A stretch of 51,575 bases of DNA, the filler included, from Dimargaris cristalligena (taxonomy: Eukaryota), in assembly GCA_003614675.1 (NCBI GenBank). It is 3 parts of 3 records of this genome, joined end to end, with 100 filler letters (N's around TTAATTAATTAA, not from the genome) between each part and the next. Parts side by side here need not be neighbours in the genome. Positions count along the whole stretch, not along the records: positions 34,515 to 51,575 come from ML002821.1; 2 more parts are not named here. The stretch is one strand, 5' to 3'. The notes under the pieces are model-generated. The model worked only from the letters and a program-made list of their open reading frames with translations. It was not told the DNA's origin and did no database searches. Of the stretch, positions 40,304-51,575 are shown in pieces (positions within the stretch are counted from its first letter, which is position 1; each line of letters starts with the position of its first letter). A program made the translations under genes and the position numbers.

Positions 40304-40447
40304 ATATGGGAGTAGTTTAACAAGGCTGTATAACGAAAAATCTACTTGATGAGGCAAATATTACTAGTTGAAAATAAACATCCCACCGATTTTCCCATGC
40401 ACATACCAGTTAAAACCTTATACAGCCAAGCTGAACTTCACCCATAT
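40304..40447. mobile_element. ~144-bp palindromic MITE-like element, copy 2
   Basis: atatgggag..gctgtataac / cttatacagc..ttcacccatat; core homologous to 1872-2015. Confidence 0.65.
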
Positions 40448-40449
40448 AC

Positions 40450-41690
40450 TCCCCATTTTATTCCCACCTGCAACTTGTAATCATTACCAGGTGTACTGCC
40501 ATAGGCTTAGACGATTTTCCCTTCCCATGAGACAACCTAGTTGTATTCCCTCACCACATAATAGCTGCACATTCAATATCCACAGTTACACTCTTTGAGC
40601 AAGCACTTGGAAGACCTCCATTTTGCTGATCTGTGTTTGGGCCTAATCACCTCCACTTTCAACTGACCTACTAACTACTTCTAATTTTGTCAGTTACATG
40701 ATTCCAGACAAGTCAGTGGGAAAAGCCTTCACACTAGAATAAGGGAGTGATGTAGAAGTTTTCCTTATTTATATCTTATTTCTATGAATGCCCCAGAGGA
40801 TCTGAGGCACTCTCGTTTTCCATTTTCCATTTTCCATATTTCCTTTCTCTTTTTGTACATTATTTAAACTTAAGGACCCAACTAGTTTTCTCCCTTTGTG
40901 GTTTTATAGTTGTCAGTTCATTTGGGGATGACATCCAAAAGGTCATAGTATAGTCTTAAGGTTGTAACATCAATTATTCTTATTTATAGTCTCACAGTCA
41001 ACCCTTAAAACAGCAAGTTATCTTTAAGATAAGTTTTATTATTCAGTTTAAATATCTATTTTAACTTATCCAGTGTTTTACCCAGCATCAACTGAGGACT
41101 TCAACCAGAAGTCAAATTTTTTATTCTCTTAATTTTATTATCTTATTTTTCAGTATGTAACCACTGTGGCTCCCCCAGTACCTAACTCTGACAATGGGAA
41201 TTTAGGATTGATTCATGTGCAACATTTTTCCACTGTACCCTAGTTTGACCTCCAACAACAGTTCTGATCAAATCCAACTAGCTGAAGGACCATTTCCCGA
41301 GTTCTCCATGTTATATCCAGGTGCTGGCCCCCTGAAACCAATGTCTGGTGAACCTTCCAGTCCAGAAGGGAGTGGGACATCTAACCCCAGCTCTTATCTT
41401 AGAATGGAGGTACCTCAAATCACCGGCACAATAGTAATTGCCCAGATGAGTTTTTAGAAGGTCAAAATTGAGTCTTTAAAACTCATTACTGATTGTCACA
41501 TGTAGGCTGTGTGGCTCACAACAAGATCCACTGTTATCTAAATAGCAGAAACATCATGAATGAGCTATATACTCCTGAAGTGTTACAACAGTTAGTGGGT
41601 ATTATTATGGACAACTAATAAATCTGGGTTAAATAAATTTAGCATATACACATAGTATTTGTATTGATGGCTTATGTAAACTTAGTGGGG
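40450..41690. repeat. CpG-depleted degenerate repeat relic
   Basis: Only a handful of CG dinucleotides in ~1.2 kb, broken ORFs, and bracketed by two MITE-like copies. Confidence 0.4.
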
Positions 41691-41985
41691 TATACCGTAG
41701 GCAATGATCGAAATAGTTGCTAGAATGCCTACGCCTAGAATGTGTCTTGAACTAACACACAGGCAGATGATGCGAAGTACGCTTTATAGATAATAAGGGA
41801 AATATCGATAGGTCGATTTCGCTAATAAAAAGGGGCATATAATAACCACTAATTCATTAAATATCCAGGTATAGGAATGGGCTCAGCTTTATATAGCCGA
41901 GAATACCAATGATAAAAGCACCGAACTAGTAAAGAACATGCTGGAAAATGTAATGAATAGTGGATAATAATAGAAGGGTAAAATA

Positions 41986-42123
41986 AATGTGAGAGGTTCT
42001 GATCAGCTGTATAACAAATTATCTGATTGACAAGGCCGGAATTTGGTAAAATGTGAAAACTCCACCTATTTGACCATACACTATTTATAATGTTATACAG
42101 TTGGGTTGGTTTTCACCCACACC
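41986..42123. mobile_element. Palindromic MITE-like element, copy 3 (diverged)
   Basis: cagctgtataac...gttatacagttg...ttcaccca; same orientation as copies 1 and 2. Confidence 0.55.
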
Positions 42124-42677
42124 AAGTCTGTAATAGCTATAGTATTAGAATTTAGTAAGTATAACAGGGGCAGTCTCCACCTAAACACCAATTTAAATTT
42201 TCGTATAATTCCATCGGTAGCCTAGCTATCCAATTGGGGTGATTCCACAACCATTTCTATATTCCAGCCGCCAGCGTTGGAATAAAAATGAGTACAAGAG
42301 GAGAAAATACCTATATATATTGGTTGACTAATCGCTTGATAGCTGTCCCGTAGCGGATTAAACTATAGGTTGGCTCTCAAACAGCCTGGTCGCCAGTTCT
42401 CCCTCCCATTCACACAAGCCTTACACATTCGGCACCACATAGTCTTTGCCTAACAATTTGCCATTGTATAGGACTGCCCATGTTTCATTATTTTTCACTT
42501 TATAATAATATATTTATAGTATTTTCTGCTCATTCTGAACCTCCTCATATTACCTTAATTGGGCCCCATTCGTTTTATTTCACACCAACGTTCCCAACCA
42601 CATCACCCCGCATCTTTATAGCGCGCATTTCCATTTTCTGCCTTATCCGTGGCTCTGCCCCCACCAAGTAGCCGACC

Positions 42678-45600
42678 ATGTCGTTCGCCAATTTTCTCTT
42701 CGGCAACATCGACGATGAGGGCCAGCTCGAGGATTTTGATCTAGGGGACGAAATGAAGACCACGCTGAACGGTGGCAGTGCCCGAAAGGGTGACCGCAAA
42801 GGTTCCCGAAAACCCAATGCGAACATTCTAAGCGCCCTCCTGGGTGGCGTGTCCGGGGACATGGGTTTTGGGCTCATGGCCGATGGGTCCGAGCCGTCCA
42901 CAACGGCCCCTACCACCCCGTCATTTCGGTCCCCGCAGTTGCCTAGCACCGATGACCAGGATTGGGTCAAGCCGGTGGCGGACGCGATCGATTTCTCCGA
43001 TTTCAATGAATTGGCCGACGATTTACCCGATTCGCCTGGATTAGCAGACGAGGAAGAAGGGACCGGCAAGGCAGTAGATAGTAGAGCGGAAAGTAGCTAC
43101 GTTTCACCCCAACCCCAGTATCCTGACGACGGCAAGAGCGGTTCGCCCGGGTGGGGGTCGTCACCCCTGGGCCTTGAACTACCGCTGGCGCCTACGTTTC
43201 CATTCCCCCTACCAGGTCTTGCCCTACCATCATTTGAAAAACCGAATACAGCGATGGATGTGGATATGGATGTACACATGCCTCCTAGATCCCCTTCGCC
43301 TACCAACGCGGCCTCTACACTCACCACCCCCCGGCGACCGGTACCTACGTCTGTACCCCCTTCTACGGCATCGCAGCGTATGGTTGATTTTGACGATACC
43401 CTGGAGAATCTATTTCAGTCTCCGGCAACTCTACCCAGTCAGAGTCCTCTGATGGACGGAGCCACGCTGACGTTACCCCCTAGGATGGACCTGGATGCCC
43501 CACAGGCCAACGTGCCCACTCCTATACCCCAAGTGAAAATGCTCTACCCATCTTTTGAACTTAACCAAATCCTAAAATTTACGGAAATATTCCGACCCCA
43601 GATAGAACGCACCAACATTCTCAAGAAGCGGAAAGTCCAGGACACGAGTGTATCGGTTATCACCCAAGCGCCTGACCAGCGCACCCTATTCGACCAAGTG
43701 GAGATGACCTCTTATCGCCGCAAAACACCTACCTTTCTCGAATTAGTTCAACAACAAGCCCAACCCCGGATTGCTTCCAGCGATACCTCCTATGATCTAT
43801 TAGAATCGGGCAGCGACTCTGAATTTATTCCCGCTGGTTCTTGTGGTCCTCAGCAGCCACACTTCCACCTACGCCAGTCTACTCTTGCCGCTACCCGGTA
43901 CCCCATTAACACCGACCAGTGGGACCGCCGCATCCAATGGGACCGTTCTCCCTCTGTGTCGCCACCCCCGGTATCCGATACCGTTGATCCCCTACGCTAC
44001 ACTAACGAAGCGCTCCGCTCAGGCTCGTGGGTTCGGTCGATTATTTGGGATCCGGAGGATGCTGACAATGATGTCTACCAACGCCCTTTTGACCGCCTCG
44101 TACTCGACCTCAACGACTCCCACCTCCTGTTCGAGCCAATCATTGAGTCCGCCCAGGAGCGGGCCGCTAAGCGCCGGGCTTTACGCAACGCCCAGGATCA
44201 ACTGCAAATGGCGGTGGCCGACGAGGCGGAGCACCGTAAGCAGGCTCAGAAGATCGATAAATTCAACTTGTCGAACGACTTCTTCTATGCGGCCCTCCAG
44301 GAGGGTAAGGTCCAGCGTGTGCGTCAGACTTTCGGACAGTTGGATGTGCAACATGCCGTTCCGGCCCAAAAACTACAGCCTCCTCTGTATAAGACCCGCC
44401 TACCCAAATCGGAGCTCCGCAGCTGGCATCGGCCCTCCACCGCTTTCCCCATTCATGAGACTTTGGTCTTTTCGAAACTAAAGCCCAGCAAACGCAAGCA
44501 CAAGCGCAAGCAGGGTGGAGAGGCCTTCAAATCCACCAAGGACATTACGCTTAAGGACACCGCCCCCTATCTTCTCCTGGAGTATTCGGAGGAGCATCCA
44601 CCCATCGTATCCAACGCCGGCATGGGTTCCCTGCTACTCAATTACTACCGGAGGAAAGATCTTCAGGACCAATCAGCGCCTACGGCCGATATCGGTGAAT
44701 TATTCATCCTGGACACGGCCGACGCATCCCCATTTCATAACTTCGGTAACGTTGAGCCGGGGCAGACTATCCCAACCCTCTCGAACAACTTAATACGAGC
44801 CCCCCTTTTCCGCCACAAGCCCAAGCCTAGCGATTTTCTTCTGATCAAGTCGACCTACAAGGGCGCGTCCAAATACTTTATCCGGGAAATTCCCTACCTA
44901 TTCACGGTGGGCCAAACCTACCCCCTGATGGAGGTTCCCGGTCCCCATTCCCGTAAGGTGACCAATACCATCAAGAATCGCCTCCAGGTTATCGCCTTCC
45001 GACTGATCCGGCAGAACCCCTATCACCGGTTACACATGAGCAAAGTGTCCCGCTATTTCCCCGAGTACCCGGAAACCCACATTCGGCTCCGCCTGAAGGA
45101 ATTCATGGAATTCCAACGCAAAGGGAATAACAGTGGCTTTTGGAAGCTCAAACCGACCCTGACGTTACCCAACGAGGAAGAAATCCGTAAAATCCTGACC
45201 CCGGAAATGATGTGTTTATACGAAAGTATGTTGGTGGGCGAGTGCCACCTACGTGATTCCGGCTACACCCGCAACCTGGACGGGCCCGACGAGGAGGGTA
45301 ATGAAGACGGGGACACCAAATACGCCGTGGAGGAACAGCTGGCCCCCTGGGCGATTACCCGCAATTTTATCAATGCCACCCAGGGCAAGGCGATGCTGAA
45401 GCTCTACGGGCCCGGTGATCCCACAGGCCGTGGGGAAGGCTTCAGTTTCATCCGCGTATCCATGAAGGATATTTTCTTGCGGGCTGGTGAAACGGCCGAG
45501 GAGAAATTGGCCGAAATCGAAGCGAGACCCAAGAGTGCCCATCGCTATAATGTGGCGGAACAGCAGCAGATTTACCGAGAGGAGATTACGCGGATTTGGA

Positions 45601-46762
45601 ATGCGCAATTCCAGGCACTGAGTAATCCGCAACCTCCGTTGGTTTCGGATGACGATGACGATTTCCACATGAACCACGGGGACCAAGCCGAGCATAGGGT
45701 AAGTAAACGAGCGAAGCCCCGGTTTCCTGACAGCGGCATTGGACGGTTCGACCATATTATTACAGTTGCCTGATATCATGGGCGTTTTAGTGAGCCATCT
45801 ATATCTAGGGGATTCCATTGTTCATTTGACCGTATTTCTAATCATATTCTTGTATAACTCCTTTATATTTCACTCCACCCCTCATTTTTGCCATCTCGTA
45901 GTCCGATGGAACCGCGTTGGAGTCTAGTACACAAGCCTCCCATCCGAGTCGGGCTTCGTCCCCAACCCCCTCGATGGACCGCTCATCCATCGCTGACCCT
46001 GACGACGACATTGGTATTGCATCCTCTTCGGTCCGGGCGGTAGGACGTGTTTCCCCTAACCAACGTAAGGGGTTGGTCATTCGCCGGTACATTCGATCCC
46101 CCATGACCGGTGAGCTCACCTGGCAAACCGAGGTTTTACGGAGTGTCCCTTTAATTAACGCCTACCTTAAACAACGTGCCATCATCGAGGCTGAAATCAC
46201 CGGGGTACCCAATGAACCCCCCCTAGCCAACCTGGATGCCCAGCAGCGGCCCGTCGCTCTCAAACGGCGCACGGCAGCCCAATTGACGGCCCTGCGGCAG
46301 CGACGGGAGAAACGACTAGCCCGGGAAAAGGCACGCGAAGCTATGCACATGAGTACTATTTCGTTGCCCCAGCAATGCAAACCGAAGAAGAAAACAATTG
46401 TAAGTTTGATACGCTGGTTTTTTTATATGTTTATGTATCTGCCATTCTCGTTCAATTATTATCGTGAAGCTGCAAGTCAGACACGTTGACCAGTGGCCAG
46501 AGTACCTCTATACATGGTAGCAATAGATCCGGATCACTTACAGTGTCTTTAAAATATATTTTTCAACCTACATACCATGCATCTGTTTAACTAACCTCCG
46601 GTTTACTATCTCTATTTTAATCGCCGCTCGATCCTGATCACCAATGCATGCTGACAATTACAGCGTCAATGCGGTAACTGTGGTCAGCTAGGCCACATGA
46701 AGACGAATCGCAAGTGTCCTAAATTCGACGAAATGATGGCGGGCACATTAACCCCAAAATAG
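42678..46762 (+). CDS. TAF1: TFIID subunit TAF1; exons 42678-45698, 45902-46399, 46664-46762
   Basis: N-terminal TAND (FLFGNIDDEGQLE), central domain (FNLSND, LLEYSEEHPP, EVPGPHSRKVT, GDPTGRGEGFSF, YNVAEQQ) and C-terminal zinc knuckle RQCGNCGQLGHMKTNRKCP. Splice junctions keep the frame. Confidence 0.97.
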
Positions 46763-46987
46763 TCGACTATGATCAATGATGTACCATTTTGTTTCGACCC
46801 AACAGATGTGTTGCTGATATAATATTGTTTGAATCATCCCGGAAACTAATAAATCGCCAAAGTAATAAAACCGAATTCATGGAAAGTATTACTATAAATT
46901 CGTGCGGGTAAAACACGGGCTACTAAACGAATAGGAAATATAAAAGTATGGCAACAATGCATTGATTAAGCAAAAAGAAAGTGCGCC

Positions 46988-49900
46988 TTAGGGGGAATTG
47001 AAAAGCCGTTGGATAGTACGATCCAGAATGTCCTTGGTGTAGCGTACGTATTTTCCTGAATTTTTGGCAAATTCGGTATGCTGGTATCTGTAGGGAAGAG
47101 GCAAGTAGAATGATTCGAAAGACGATGCGGAGGGGGAAGGGGATATCAAATTGATAAAACAAATGGGCAATGTTGATTAAATAATGATAGTTTGGATTAA
47201 GCAAGCATGCTCCGTTACTATGTGAACGTTAGTAGTTTAAAGAAATGAGGCATATCTGAATCCATATTGTACCTTTCCATGAACTCGGAGTAGGCGGGGA
47301 TCAGCATCTCACGAATACGGTCCATGAGGTTCAGTCGAAGGTCCTGGTCGGGAATGGCATAGCCCTGTTGGTTGCGCAACAGCTCGTCCAGCGTACTGTT
47401 GAAATGCTGTTATTAGTGTAAGGTAAGGTTGGTAGATTGGGATATGTAGGGATTTAAATAGAACATTAGTGGGTGCATGTATATGTAATTACGGTTGATG
47501 CTGTAGCCGGTTGTGGCCGATCGTGGAAGAGGAGGAATTCAGTCATTGGGAAACAGATCAGAATAAATAGAGAGCTGTATTAAAGGCGCTGGTTTATCTG
47601 CAGCAAAACATACCTTAAATTTATCCTTAATGGTCATCTTGTCATGGCCGACCAATTTATTCTTGAGACCCATAGGTCCGCCATTATCGTCAGCCAGGTA
47701 CTCCACGCATGACTTCCACCTGTTATAAATATAATCCAAGTGATGGAAAAAAACGCATTGTACATGTTATGGAAAACGATGGTGTGGGTAAATAATATAA
47801 AGGCAAAGTGAATGTCCCAGGCATCGGGTATAGTCTAGGCCGACAGTGTGCTACAAAATAAAATAAAAAATGTGGTTTGACTTACATGGCACAGAAATGA
47901 TCCTGGTATTTCCAATCGAGGTTTTCGTAGATACGAAGCTCGTTTTCGCCCAACACATCCAGAAGTTTGGAACCCATGATGTTCTTGGCAATGTAGTGAT
48001 AATTATTCATCAAAAACACGATACTAACTCCACTCTTTTTGGATCCTTTACACTTGGCCTCCAGCGACGTGGTAAGCAAATGGAGGATATCCACTATCGA
48101 GGGGTGGTAGAGAAAAGATGGGGTATAGTAAAAGGCGGTAACATAAACCAAATAAGTGTTAAATTAGCTAGCGAGTAAACCATGTCGGCACAATTTGATG
48201 CATGGTCTGTAGGCCAGGTAAACCGAGGTAACTAGATGGGCGGCAGTGACAAGCAAATCCAAAGGGTTTTTTGAGTTCAACTTACTGAAGTAGTGCTTAA
48301 GAATGACCTGTCCCGAAAAGGTTTTGCGGGGTTTAGCAGTCATGCTCGAATCCGCTATATAACCCCAATGGCCATCACCCAGAGTTACCATCATTGATTC
48401 AACAGTCTCTTGATGATCGAGTAGACGTTTCATATGGCTCATCGCCTACCGGATGGAGAGGGGAAGGCCAATAGTTGGGGGTAAAAAGAGGGATCGGGTA
48501 TATGGGGAGAGGAGTATAGTATGTTAGTCCAATAAGACCAGGTCGGACAATGGGGGTTTTCTTATCAAACTTGACAAAAAATAGGCAATAGACTTACGCT
48601 ACTAGAGAACTCGTAAATGGTTCCGTCGTGTGGCATGCTAATCTTAGCCATGCTCTAGAGATATAGTAATAGAAACCGGTGGGTATTGGGAATTATGGAA
48701 AAAGTTGGGTACAGGTAATTGTGGGTGGTTAGACAGCGAGCCTGGGTGAAATCGGGTATCAGGGTGACGGTAATCCAGTTGAATTGGCAGGGCCAATCAG
48801 TTAATATGGTGTACTTTACCTTGGCCTCCTCCATATACTCGGCAAACGAAGTCATCAACGGGGTGCTCATCGATGCGATTAGATTGGAAATAATCTTACG
48901 TTCAGATGGGCTGAGGTAGAGAACCTTGTCCAACTCGTTCTGGTAGAACTTAAGGGTCTCAAACACATCAAACAACATGAACTTCTCGGTCTGGATGGTT
49001 CGCCGAGCCGATTGGATCAATCCTTCGGCCGATTCAAAGTACCGCTTGACCGGCATGTGGAATGTCTTGATGAACACATCCATAGCCGAATCACCGGGGA
49101 GGACCGACTCGATAAAGTCATGCTCCGCCTGTTGTTTAACGGTTTAGGGTAATATCAACATAACCAATAAGCAATAGTGAAAAGGGGTAAGTATGATGTA
49201 CAAACTCAAAATACAAATGGTGGGCATCTATAACGCGTCGTAATCAGTGCCATTAACCTGCCCGTGTGCAACAGTGTATCCTACCTGAGCTATTTTAAGT
49301 AAATTGACCGTTAGCGTAATAAACGGGGAGGTGCCCTTCTGGTAGACCGTGGCGGTTGATTGAACCCGAGTAGTATCAGCGGCCGAATAGATCGCAGCCA
49401 TGGACTTGGAAATGTACAGTGTGCGAATGTCAATAAACGATTTGGTGTAGTCAATCGTAGTCCCGATTTCGGACTCCGACGTACTTAGGTACGTAATCAA
49501 CATTTCCAGTAGGCGTAGGGTTGCCGGTGGAGGCCGGGGAATGTCCAGGGCTGGCGGGTTATAATGGGGCCAGCAATATACATAAATAATATAAAAAGCC
49601 AGGGTATCGTTAATATTCGGCTAGAAAGAGCAGCGATGGAATGTGCAGTAAACAAAATGTAGAGAAACCTAGCCTAACATATACTTACGACTCTTATATT
49701 TAGTTGGATCGATCGGTTCGCTGTACTGCTGGAGCCACTTCTTGAAGAGCTCGTTTAGGTTTTGTAAACCTACTTCGAGGAGTTGTTTCTAAAAACAATT
49801 TATAGCCAGTCCAGTGCCTCAGTAAAAGCGTATTAGATGACCGAAATGGACATACACGGTGGCTGATTCAAGGTCAGTTAAATTTGTCATTGGATTATTA

Positions 49901-50865
49901 GGATGAGCTGTTCTTTTAAAATACTTACAATCTGCTTCGATACCCGCTCACAGCTACGCATATTGACCTGCTTAATGAAATCGTTGGCCAGCTGGAGGTT
50001 GTTGATGGATTTCAAATACGGAAGAAGATCGTCTTCGTTGGGCCTGTCAGATAAACAAGATCGAGTCGCGTTACAGGCATCAGGTTCATATATTAGGTGC
50101 CAATGGGAGAGGGTAAATAAATATTCGAAAAAATAAATGAGGAGCCACAACCATTACCGAAATTGATCTATTTGGATACGTTGTATTGGCTAGCTGACAG
50201 TCTCAGTTAATTAAATTGTAAAAACAATGACTTACCCTTGCTTAATAATAGGTTCTTCGTCGCGCACGCAGTCAAAATATTTGACCATGTTCTTGAGTGA
50301 TGCGATAGTATCGTCGACATCTGCAAGGCCAGGCCAATGGCATTGGAAAAAAGGACATTTGTATGATTAAACAGGTGTAGGCCGGGATCGGCAGAAAACG
50401 CAATATCACCATTCAAGCCCACGAGATTGTTACGAGGTTTGTAACCCCGGCCCCTACTTACTCTGCTGCATTTTACCCAAACTTCTGGATGATTGGTGTA
50501 TGGGCTTAACGAGCGAACCCAGTCTAGCCAGTCGCTGGTCAAAAGTTTGGAGAATGCCAGTCTATTTCCGTTGGCAGCAGTCGGTTGTTCGGTGGTATAG
50601 TTTAGTGGGGGACAGTAGTTAGACATAGGCAATGACATAGTTATATAATTTAGTCCGTGGTGAACCCTTGCATGGGGTAGAAAGTTACAGGCTTAGAGAG
50701 CTCATTGGCTATAGAGTTGAGTCTGGATGACAACGAGGGTCGACAGTATGGACATACCGCTTTGCTGGAAATCTGGTTTATCTGTTCGAGACTCTCCTGG
50801 AGGAATTGAAGTTCGTCATGTTCCTCGTCGAGGTCAAGGTAATTAGTCACATAGGCGCTGCCCAT
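46988..50865 (-). CDS. EXO70: Exocyst complex subunit Exo70 (multi-exon, about 11 exons)
   Basis: Exon motifs GILQTFDQRLARL, VFLMNNYHYI, IKDKFK, FNSTLDEL..YAIPDQDLR..LIPAYSEF and EFAKNSGKYVRYT. Start MGSAYVTNYLDLDEE at 50865. Confidence 0.92.
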
Positions 50866-51246
50866 GATTGCCAAAGAACGGAATGGAGGAGAAAGGGGTT
50901 ATACAAAAGGAAATGTGAAAAAAGCGTATACAGAGTAACTGGCTGTAAAGTAATTGGCACAGAGCAGGTAAAGATGAACTGGCGGTCACGTATACGCCAT
51001 GTAACAGAGCGGGTAAAATGAAGCTCATTCGGTTTATCCTTCACTCCGCCCAGTGCGACGAGAAATTGAGAGGTTAGTGGGCCATAGGATAAACGGTGTC
51101 TATTAATTATCCACTGTGACACGCAGCAGAATTCGACTTCTACCACTGCCTGATATTATCCAATTTGGACCGAAATGCACTCTGAACGGTGTATAGCAAA
51201 AGGCATTCCAGAAAGGCGGCCTATCGGGATAAAAAACAAAAAACTA

Positions 51247-51318
51247 TGCGCTGACGGGGAATCGAACCCCGACCACATGCTTGGAAGGCATGTATGATAA
51301 CCATTTCACTATCAGCGC
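51247..51318 (-). tRNA. tRNA-Gly (anticodon TCC), intronless
   Basis: Minus strand GCGCTGA...TCAGCGC-A acceptor stem, anticodon arm CATGC-CTTCCAA-GCATG, T-loop GGTTCGATTCC, and a downstream oligo-T Pol III terminator (~51230-51243). Confidence 0.96.
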
Positions 51319-51449
51319 TAATCGAAATGTTGTGACAGGTACTGAACACCCTTAAGCTTTGGTGATGTCACCGATGATGTACCTAACGTCCATTAATCAA
51401 ATTACTACCGTTTTACTATATTTAGCTTAGTTTATCAATTGCAATGTCA

Positions 51450-51542
51450 TATCATAGCTATATCCATTTATCACCTTCTATATCATAGCTATATCCATTT
51501 ATCACCTTCTATATCATAGTTATATTTCGTTTATCACTTTCT
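51450..51542. repeat. 31-bp tandem repeat, 3 copies
   Basis: TATCATAGCTATATCCATTTATCACCTTCTA twice exactly, plus a diverged third copy; no spacers. Confidence 0.9.
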
Positions 51543-51575
51543 GTTTTCATCCATCTCTTTATATATCATTAGTGC

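Noticed and set aside
43843-45818. Long alternative-frame and antisense ORFs within TAF1 (similar ones in eIF2A and AMPK-beta)
   Set aside because: Expected shadows of GC-rich coding sequence; no independent motifs.
48634-48645. Match to U6 snRNA core (AAGATTAGCATG, minus strand)
   Set aside because: Only 12 nt, lacks the ACAGAGA context and lies within an Exo70 coding exon.
51450-51542. 31-bp repeats as a CRISPR array
   Set aside because: Head-to-tail copies with no spacers, no cas genes and a eukaryotic context.

Overview
Eukaryotic (fungal) genomic DNA with GT-AG introns. Placement in an early-diverging lineage is my inference, not something the sequence proves. The window is three contigs joined by two artificial 100-nt spacers (N-run + TTAATTAATTAA + N-run, at 17159-17258 and 34415-34514), so adjacency across the gaps is unproven. 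Recognisable genes: REEP/Yop1-family protein, Tti2, spermidine synthase, thiamine pyrophosphokinase, eIF2A, a 426-aa hypothetical protein, a neurochondrin-like protein (5' end lost in a gap), the SNF1/AMPK beta subunit, TAF1, Exo70 and tRNA-Gly(TCC). Gene-free blocks hold nested, strongly CpG-depleted solo-LTR-like repeats and a ~144-bp palindromic MITE-like family. The most striking structure is the middle contig (17259-34414): two ~5-kb, apparently identical inverted arms enclose a ~7-kb three-gene core. Homology decays gradually at the inner edges of the arms, which suggests an old inverted duplication that is being homogenised and may be invertible. The arms carry a pseudogenised secreted repeat protein.
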